This document shows, piece by piece, positions 57,591 to 64,000 of a stretch of 64,000 nt of DNA (positions are counted from its first letter, which is position 1; every line of letters starts with the position of its first letter). The notes beneath the pieces were generated by a model. The model searched no databases, was not told where the DNA came from, and was given only the letters and a program-made list of their open reading frames with translations. The stretch covers positions 2,982,522 through 3,046,521 of the forward strand of contig OX638329.1 in assembly GCA_951812755.1 (NCBI GenBank). Direction: 5' to 3'. Origin of the DNA: an uncultured Latescibacterota bacterium (GTDB lineage: Bacteria; Latescibacterota; UBA2968). A program made the position numbers and the translations under genes.

Positions 57591-59842
57591 CCGCTCGCGC
57601 TTTGACGTTCTTGTTGTTGCACTTGCCAGGGATAGGGGACTCGGTGGTGGTGCGAAGCCTGCAAGACGGGTAAAAAGGCTTCCTGGATTCGGGTCAGGTC
57701 GCGCAATGTAAGATCGCATTCATCCAATTCACCAGCATCATAACGACCTTTGACAATTGTATGGACGAGTTCTCTAATTTCGTCTGGATCATTGTTGGGC
57801 AGAGATCGCGTCGCAGACTCAACAGCGTCTGCGAGATTAATAATACCCGCTTCTTTGGTCTGGGGTTTGGGACCGGGATATTGGAAGTCGGCATCGCGGA
57901 CCGCCTGTTCGTCTATGAGTTGTGCCTGATGCTTAAACGAAGTCATTACTGAAGTCCCATGATGCTGTGGAATGAGATCAATAATTGCCAGAGGAAGTCC
58001 TTCTTCTTTCGCCAATTCGATCCCGTCCCTGACATGAGAGATGAGAATCAGGGCACTGATTTGAGGTTGCAACTCATCGTGGGGATTTACGCCATGCTGA
58101 TTTTCTATAAAATAGTGTGGGCGTCTCATTTTCCCAATATCGTGGTAATAACACCCAACGCGCGCGAGCAAAGGATCTGCTCCTATTGCGACCGCGGCTT
58201 CTTCCGAGATATTGGCCATGTTTATGCTGTGACTAAAGGTACCAGGAGCGCGAAGGGCCAAATTGCGCAACAGCGGGCGATTTAAGTCCGCCAATTCGAG
58301 TAATGTCATTGATGTTACGACATTGAAAACACTTTCGAACACGGGTAGTAATCCAATGGTGAGGATTAAGGAACCACAGGCAGATACAATGCCCCAGAAT
58401 AAATCCTCGCGTATTTCTGTGAGAAACTCAGTGGTGTTGGCATAAGAAAAAAGAAGTCCAACCGTGGAGGTAATTGTCAAGGCATAAGCGGCAATCAGAT
58501 ACAGACCAGGGCGGTAAAAATCTCTGCGATGGCGCACCTGATGTACCGAAAATGCGCCAATAATGCCTGTGGTGAGAAAAATGATCCCGTATTGGAGTTC
58601 GCCGAGGATGCTGGCACAAAGCGTTGTAACGACAAGGGTGATCACCATGCCGATGACGGCATCAAAGAGCACGGTTGCCAGCATTGCCGATAGTGCGACA
58701 GGGATAAGAAACGGGGATATGGCCTGGCTTTGGGCCGCGTAATCAGCCACGGCAGTAGGGATTAAAATAATGATGCCAAAAAGCACGATGTTTTTGGACG
58801 GACGATAAAGGTCAGGACGATAAAAATTTAGAAACGCAAAAAATATTATTAGCGTCAACGCGCAAAGTGATAGTCCAGCACCTCGTTGAATGAGGTCAAT
58901 GAATGGGTCTTGCTGGCGGCGTTGGTTGATATGTTCTGCCAGTGACCTGAGTTTATCTACGGCGTCAGATGTTACTCGGTCGTGTTTGTCAATAATGCGC
59001 TCGCCTTTGAGGACTGTCCCTGGTTTGGTACGTGAGACATTGCTGGCTGCCTCATCTCTTCGCCTCTGCGTTTCGACAGCGTCATAGGCAATGTTGGGAG
59101 ATAGATAGGCCAGGATCAATTCACTGCCCGCTTTTATTTCCATAGCACTTGCTTCCGACAATTGTTGTTCTATGGTTTGTTGGAGTCCAGAGGTAAAATT
59201 TTCTATATCGGCCAGTTCTTCAAGGCTAATTTGGCGTTCTGAGCCATTGTTAAGTAGTATAACCTCTGCGTACCCCTCTTCGACGGTATTTATTTCCTGG
59301 TCGATAATCCCGTTCTGATAAGTGTTTTGCAGAATGTTCTCGACAGAGGTGGTCAATCTATTGCGACTGGATGACCTTCTTCGGGATATGGGTATGAGAT
59401 GTTTCAGGGTGGATTCCGACAGGGGGCTAATCTCTGGGTGTGAAAGCCGTAGCTCTTGTGAGAGCGATTCGCTTACCCCGGAGCCTGTGTGTTTTTTTAT
59501 GTCGTTTAGAAATGTTTTATATCCGTTTAGTTTGCTTTGCTGTACTGTGCTATCATAGCGCAAAACCGGCAAAATCTGGCGGCGAGCTTCTGCGACTTCA
59601 TCCTGGTATGCTTCTTCGCTTTTGTAAACGGAGAAATTATCAGAGGCGATGACTTCATCTGGCGCAATCGCGCCTTCTCGGAATGCACTGTACTCGTATT
59701 GCTGTTGCGTGGGAAATAAGACGGTTAGTACGCCTAAGAGAGCGAGCATCAATGCAATGCGAAAGGCTTGCTTTCCCCGCTGTTTCCACTGTTGTCTCGT
59801 CTGACGCGTACGATCGCGTTGATTTTTTCTAAAGAACATCAT
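57587..59842 (-). CDS. 7TM-receptor HD/HDIG hydrolase (PgpH/YqfF-like)
   Basis: 'HDIGKM' HDIG motif after a seven-helix membrane domain and long extracytoplasmic N-terminal region. Confidence 0.8.
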   Translation of the reverse strand: MMFFRKNQRDRTRQTRQQWKQRGKQAFRIALMLALLGVLTVLFPTQQQYEYSAFREGAIAPDEVIASDNFSVYKSEEAYQDEVAEARRQILPVLRYDSTVQQSKLNGYKTFLNDIKKHTGSGVSESLSQELRLSHPEISPLSESTLKHLIPISRRRSSSRNRLTTSVENILQNTYQNGIIDQEINTVEEGYAEVILLNNGSERQISLEELADIENFTSGLQQTIEQQLSEASAMEIKAGSELILAYLSPNIAYDAVETQRRRDEAASNVSRTKPGTVLKGERIIDKHDRVTSDAVDKLRSLAEHINQRRQQDPFIDLIQRGAGLSLCALTLIIFFAFLNFYRPDLYRPSKNIVLFGIIILIPTAVADYAAQSQAISPFLIPVALSAMLATVLFDAVIGMVITLVVTTLCASILGELQYGIIFLTTGIIGAFSVHQVRHRRDFYRPGLYLIAAYALTITSTVGLLFSYANTTEFLTEIREDLFWGIVSACGSLILTIGLLPVFESVFNVVTSMTLLELADLNRPLLRNLALRAPGTFSHSINMANISEEAAVAIGADPLLARVGCYYHDIGKMRRPHYFIENQHGVNPHDELQPQISALILISHVRDGIELAKEEGLPLAIIDLIPQHHGTSVMTSFKHQAQLIDEQAVRDADFQYPGPKPQTKEAGIINLADAVESATRSLPNNDPDEIRELVHTIVKGRYDAGELDECDLTLRDLTRIQEAFLPVLQASHHHRVPYPWQVQQQERQSASG

Positions 59843-60822
59843 GGTTTTAACACAGCCTCTTCTCCCTCTGACTCATGGGAATGTTCGCTTTGCTCATAAG
59901 CTGTTATAATTTTTTGAACCAGTGGGTGTCGTACAACATCTTTTTCTGAAAAGTTGACGAATTTGATGGCTTCTATATGAGACAGGATATGTTGGACGTG
60001 TATAAGTCCAGACTGAATACCCGGCGGCAGGTCTATTTGTGTTATATCACCCGTAATCACGGCCTTGGCATTGTTGCCCAGACGGGTAAGAAACATCTTC
60101 ATCTGGTTGACGGTGGTATTCTGGGCCTCGTCGAGAATGACAAAAGCGTTATTCAGGGTGCGTCCTCTCATAAATGCAAGCGGCGCAATTTCAAGTGTGT
60201 GCATTTCCATAAGGTGTTGCAATTGTGTATCGGGTAACATGTCGCGCAGTGCATCGTAGAGCGGACGCAAATAGGGATCGACTTTATCCTGTATATCTCC
60301 CGGTAGAAATCCCAGGGTTTCGCCAGCTTCTACAGCCGGGCGCGTCAGAATAATTCTGGAGATGTGTTTGCTTTTTAATGCAGCAACAGCCGCAGCGACT
60401 GCCAGATAAGTTTTGCCCGTACCCGCCGGTCCAATGCCGAAAACAATATCGTAGTTTTCTATAGCTGTCGAGTAAGCAACCTGAGTCTGTGAGCGGGGGC
60501 GAATGAGAATTTTGGGCGTTGAAAGAATAGGCTTTGCGTATTCGCCAATTTCAGATTCGGAATTTTCTGGCGGTGGTGCAAGCAAGTGTAGAGGGTCAAA
60601 CTGATCGCCGCGCCGAAGGCATGAAATCATTTCTTCTAATAGGCCAGAGACGTGTTGAACTTTGTGTTGTGGTCCCTGAACATTTAGCTGATCCCCGCGG
60701 GCGGTTAAACGCACGCCATAGCGGTCTTCAAGGGCGAGCAAATTTGCATCGTTGTGACCGTATAAAGATAGAAGGTCAACACCGCGCAAAGATAGTCTAT
60801 GGGAGAGTTCTCTATTTTCCAC
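59839..60822 (-). CDS. phoH: PhoH family ATPase
   Basis: Walker A 'GPAGTGKTYLA', Walker B 'VILDEAQN'. Confidence 0.9.
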   Translation of the reverse strand: MENRELSHRLSLRGVDLLSLYGHNDANLLALEDRYGVRLTARGDQLNVQGPQHKVQHVSGLLEEMISCLRRGDQFDPLHLLAPPPENSESEIGEYAKPILSTPKILIRPRSQTQVAYSTAIENYDIVFGIGPAGTGKTYLAVAAAVAALKSKHISRIILTRPAVEAGETLGFLPGDIQDKVDPYLRPLYDALRDMLPDTQLQHLMEMHTLEIAPLAFMRGRTLNNAFVILDEAQNTTVNQMKMFLTRLGNNAKAVITGDITQIDLPPGIQSGLIHVQHILSHIEAIKFVNFSEKDVVRHPLVQKIITAYEQSEHSHESEGEEAVLKP

Positions 60823-60834
60823 GCTTTGAGTATA

Positions 60835-60872
60835 AGAAAAAGAAAACTCTCATTCCCAAACAGACTACGGGA
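60835..60872 (-). terminator. rho-independent terminator after the LysM gene
   Basis: 13-bp stem AACTCTCATTCCC/GGGAATGAGAGTT followed by a T-rich run on the minus strand. Confidence 0.45.
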
Positions 60873-60957
60873 ATGAGAGTTCGATTTTAGAGGTTGATAG
60901 ATGAACCTTCCATTGGATTTATGAAAGATCCAAATTCTGGGATCGAAAAGGTTGAGG

Positions 60958-61815
60958 TCAGTTTGCTGGAATGTCGAATACTTGAGCTGGGAAAATCATG
61001 CTCGGGTCAAAGATCTGTGTTTTATTGGCCTGGTAGATCCGATTCCATTTGGTGACATCATTGTACACCTTGCCAGCAATGGACGAGAGGTTCTCGCCAC
61101 TCATTACGAGGTGTTGATTGATATCGACGCCAAAAGGAATGTTGAGAACCCACTTGGGATAAATTATATCGGGATGTTTAATTTTATCCCGGTTTTCAAC
61201 ATAGATACGAGGCCAGAGATAAGGATCTCCGTAAATATCGTCTTTTTTGGCGATTCTCCAGAGATTATCGCCTCTGACAACCGAATATTGCCGAACGCGC
61301 TTGCGAGGCATTCGCGATTTGACCTGCTCAAGTAATTGATTAATACTGGTCAGTTTTGCCTGTGCAGTTGGAAAACAGGCTCTTTTGTCTGCGTTAAGCT
61401 CTGATACGCGGACTTCTATTTGGTCAATTTCATCTCGAACTTCAAAAAGGGCATCTTCTGGTAGGTCACGTAAGCCCATGAGGCGACTTTCAACGCGGCC
61501 GAGTTCTTGCATATATTGGTTGACCCCTGCTTCATCGGACTCAACAAGCCCATAAACTTGCTGTTTGATTTCACTGATCTGGGTATCTAGACTGGAAATC
61601 TGGTTAGAAAGGTCATTAGATGCAGTTTGGCATTCAAGCAGAGACTTTTTAAGTTCTGCAAGCCGTTGCTCTTGTTCTGTAAGTTTCATCTTGTATTCAT
61701 CATAGGTCATTGCCATCTGGGCAATGGCCCTTTGAGGGAAAACAAAAAGGACAACTGCACAGCAAATGACCTTGAAAATCTTCAAACCTGTCATCCGAAC
61801 AACTCCTTTCCACAC
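60958..61815 (-). CDS. LysM-domain protein with N-terminal coiled coil
   Basis: Two LysM-like segments ('YSVVRGDNLWRIAKK', 'HLVMSGENLSSIAGKVY'); signal/TM segment. Confidence 0.65.
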   Translation of the reverse strand: MWKGVVRMTGLKIFKVICCAVVLFVFPQRAIAQMAMTYDEYKMKLTEQEQRLAELKKSLLECQTASNDLSNQISSLDTQISEIKQQVYGLVESDEAGVNQYMQELGRVESRLMGLRDLPEDALFEVRDEIDQIEVRVSELNADKRACFPTAQAKLTSINQLLEQVKSRMPRKRVRQYSVVRGDNLWRIAKKDDIYGDPYLWPRIYVENRDKIKHPDIIYPKWVLNIPFGVDINQHLVMSGENLSSIAGKVYNDVTKWNRIYQANKTQIFDPSMIFPAQVFDIPAN

Positions 61816-61834
61816 ACCGTAAAAAATTACTGGC

Positions 61835-62080
61835 TCAAGACCTGTTGCACTGACTTAAGATATTTTGCCACTCGGCCAGAACTTGTTTCTTCTGTGCCAA
61901 TTGGCGTTCCAACTCGGCCCGGTGTTGCTTACAGGCTGCAAGGTCGGCTTCAGCCGATTCTGCGACTTTACGCGTTTCTTCGAGCATTTGGAGTTGCGAT
62001 CTTGAGGCCATTGGCGTGCAACATCCAGATAATAGAACGAGTAATAGACCACAACCTGCCACTTTTTTGAGTCTTTTCAT
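61835..62080 (-). CDS. small coiled-coil lipoprotein, hypothetical
   Basis: 'LLLVLLSGCC' lipobox-like signal then a heptad-rich helix. Confidence 0.35.
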   Translation of the reverse strand: MKRLKKVAGCGLLLVLLSGCCTPMASRSQLQMLEETRKVAESAEADLAACKQHRAELERQLAQKKQVLAEWQNILSQCNRS

Positions 62081-62236
62081 AACCCAACTGCCTCCTCAGG
62101 AATATTGGCGTAAGTATCTAAATTATCAAGACTTAAAATAAAAACAAAAAATCCAATAATACAACTTTTACACAAAGTACTACATAAAATACAGAAAGTC
62201 AAGAAAAAGTTTTGAATGCGTTATGGTTCTCTGTGA

Positions 62237-64000
62237 TTACAATAATCGCAAACCGAGTTCGCGGAGTTGGGCGAGATCTACTGCAGATGGTGCCCCATCC
62301 ATGAGCGATGCCGCTGTATTGGTTTTCGGGAATGGAATGACGTCTCGGATAAACGCTTTGCCCGCCATGAGGGCGACCAGGCGGTCGTATCCAAACGCGA
62401 TGCCGCCATGAGGGGGCGCACCGTAGCGAAAGGCGTCGAGTAAGAAGCCGAATTTTTCTCGTGATTCGCTTTCGGATATCCCCAACATGCGAAATACGCG
62501 TTCCTGGGTTTCTCTGCGGTGGATACGTATGCTTCCGCCAGCGATTTCGTTGCCATTGAGAACGAGATCATAAGCTCTGGCGCGAACATCACCTGGGGCG
62601 GTCTCAAGTTCATTGAGGTCTGCTTCCAGGGGGGATGTGAAGGGATGGTGGCAGGCCACGTAGCGTTTTTCAACATCATCAAATTCGAGAAGGGGAAACT
62701 GAGTCACCCATAAGAAACTAAAGTCACCGGTCGTCATAAGGTCTTGTTGCCGCGCGAGTTCTAAGCGCAGATTACCCAGTGCATTTGCGACAACTGCGGG
62801 TTGATCAGCAACAAATAAAAGCAGGTCCCCTATCTGCGCATCAAGTGATTCTCTGAGCATTTGTTGGGCTTGATCGGGGAAGAATTTGACGATTGATGAT
62901 TCGAGGCCCTGGTCGGTCACTTTGATCCAGGCGAGCCCCTTAGCACCGTGTTTTGCAACAAAAGCTGTGAGGTCATCGATTTGTTTGCGCGAGTAGTTTG
63001 CACATCCCCTGGCGTTAATGGCTCGAACCTGCCCACCGGAATCGATTACGGATCTGAAGACCCGGAATTCTGAGGCGAGGGCAGCTTTTGAAATATCGAC
63101 TATTTCGAGGTCAAAGCGCGTGTCCGGACGATCGGTTCCAAAGCGGTCAATCGCTTCGCGATAGGTCATTTGTGGTATGGGAGAGGGGATATCAAAGCCT
63201 ATGACGTGTGCAAACAGGTGCCGTGTAAGCCCTTCTGCGAGTTGCATGACATCGGCTTCTGTGACAAATGCCATTTCAATGTCAATTTGGGTAAACTCGG
63301 GCTGGCGATCGCCCCGCAGGTCTTCATCGCGGAAGCAGCGTACAATTTGAAAGTAGCGATCATAGCCGGCGATCATGAGCAACTGTTTGTAGGTTTGGGG
63401 CGATTGGGGCAGGGCATAGAAGTTGCCTCTTTGAACGCGAGAAGGAACCAGATAATCTCTTGCACCTTCGGGCGTGCTTTTCATGAGGAAGGGGGTCTCG
63501 ATTTCGAGAAAACTCTGGCCAATCAGATATTTGCGCGTTTCTTGCGCGGCGTTATGTCTCAGGAACACGGCTTGTTGCATATCGGGGCGGCGCAGGTCGA
63601 GGTAGCGATAGCGCAGGCGCAGTTCTTCGTTGGCATCGATTTCGGGTTCTATGGCAAAGGGCGGTGTGTCCGCTTCGTTGAGAAGGCGCAAGTCTGAACA
63701 TTCGATGTCAATGGCGCCGGTAGGCAATTTGGGGTTTGCCATGCCTTCTGGCCTCGGTTCAACTCTGCCTTTTATTGCCAGGACAAATTCGTTGCGTATT
63801 TTTTCGGCAATGGCGTGTGTTTCTGATTCGAGGTCGGGACGAAAGACTACCTGGGTGATGCCGTAGCGGTCGCGCAAATCGACGAATATGACGCCTCCAT
63901 GGTCGCGCCTTTTGCCCACCCACCCCATCAGGCAGACTTCTTCGCCTACATTTTCGATGCGCAATTCGCCGCAGTTGTGCGTGCGTTTCCAGTCGCCGAG
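62237..64000 (-). CDS. aspS: aspartate--tRNA ligase (5' end beyond the window)
   Basis: Class II aaRS motifs ('FLEIETPFL', 'FQIVRCFRDEDLRGDRQPEFTQID', 'GGIAFGYDRLVALM') and GAD insertion; ORF-track Met 63964 is internal. Confidence 0.9.
   Translation of the reverse strand, partial: LGDWKRTHNCGELRIENVGEEVCLMGWVGKRRDHGGVIFVDLRDRYGITQVVFRPDLESETHAIAEKIRNEFVLAIKGRVEPRPEGMANPKLPTGAIDIECSDLRLLNEADTPPFAIEPEIDANEELRLRYRYLDLRRPDMQQAVFLRHNAAQETRKYLIGQSFLEIETPFLMKSTPEGARDYLVPSRVQRGNFYALPQSPQTYKQLLMIAGYDRYFQIVRCFRDEDLRGDRQPEFTQIDIEMAFVTEADVMQLAEGLTRHLFAHVIGFDIPSPIPQMTYREAIDRFGTDRPDTRFDLEIVDISKAALASEFRVFRSVIDSGGQVRAINARGCANYSRKQIDDLTAFVAKHGAKGLAWIKVTDQGLESSIVKFFPDQAQQMLRESLDAQIGDLLLFVADQPAVVANALGNLRLELARQQDLMTTGDFSFLWVTQFPLLEFDDVEKRYVACHHPFTSPLEADLNELETAPGDVRARAYDLVLNGNEIAGGSIRIHRRETQERVFRMLGISESESREKFGFLLDAFRYGAPPHGGIAFGYDRLVALMAGKAFIRDVIPFPKTNTAASLMDGAPSAVDLAQLRELGLRLL

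Noticed and set aside
62237-63964. Met 63964 as the aspS start
   Set aside because: Known AspRS N-terminal anticodon-binding region extends further upstream; the gene runs off the window.

Overview
Dense bacterial chromosomal window (about 55% GC, sigma70-like promoters, frequent 4-bp start/stop overlaps), probably from an environmental bacterium. All family calls are from reading the ORF translations for motifs; no database search was run and nothing was computed, so boundaries and family names are hypotheses. Content in order: an aldo/keto reductase - Gfo/Idh/MocA oxidoreductase - amidase operon; a NitT/TauT-type ABC binding protein and permease with a small lectin-like gene; bactofilin; an AcrB-type RND pump preceded by a small conserved protein and an ABC exporter with an unusual N-terminal domain; a variable stretch (DUF1992-like protein, low-GC outer-membrane protein, enolase-superfamily enzyme, MNT/HEPN pair); Na+/solute symporter, Fe-alcohol dehydrogenase, thioredoxin-like protein; a sugar ABC operon interrupted by a secreted HExxH/dockerin-like protein; SDR and phytanoyl-CoA dioxygenase; a type I restriction-modification locus (hsdS, hsdM, hsdR, YgjP-like) expanded with RhuM, a RelE/ParE-like toxin-antitoxin pair plus a truncated duplicate, a small GIY-YIG-like ORF and an hsdS fragment; two sulfatases, a DapA-family enzyme, a sigma54-type AAA+ protein with a DUF2089-like partner, a DUF4143-type ATPase; BNR-like protein, M23 peptidase, HD-domain protein, TetR; tRNA-Arg(TCT) and tRNA-His(GTG); phosphodiesterase with a tetraheme cytochrome c; nrdR; two outer-membrane proteins; methyltransferase and HTH regulator; initiator tRNA-Met; the phoH - 7TM-HD - ybeY - corC operon; LysM protein; aspS (5' end runs off the window). 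The most interesting signals are (1) the composite type I R-M island, (2) a dispersed ~60-bp repeat carrying 10-bp-phased CGCAGAT motifs, one copy split by a MITE-like insert, which supplies stop codons to flanking genes, and (3) the ABC exporter - small protein - adaptor-less RND cassette. No CRISPR array, rRNA, transposase or integrase was seen.
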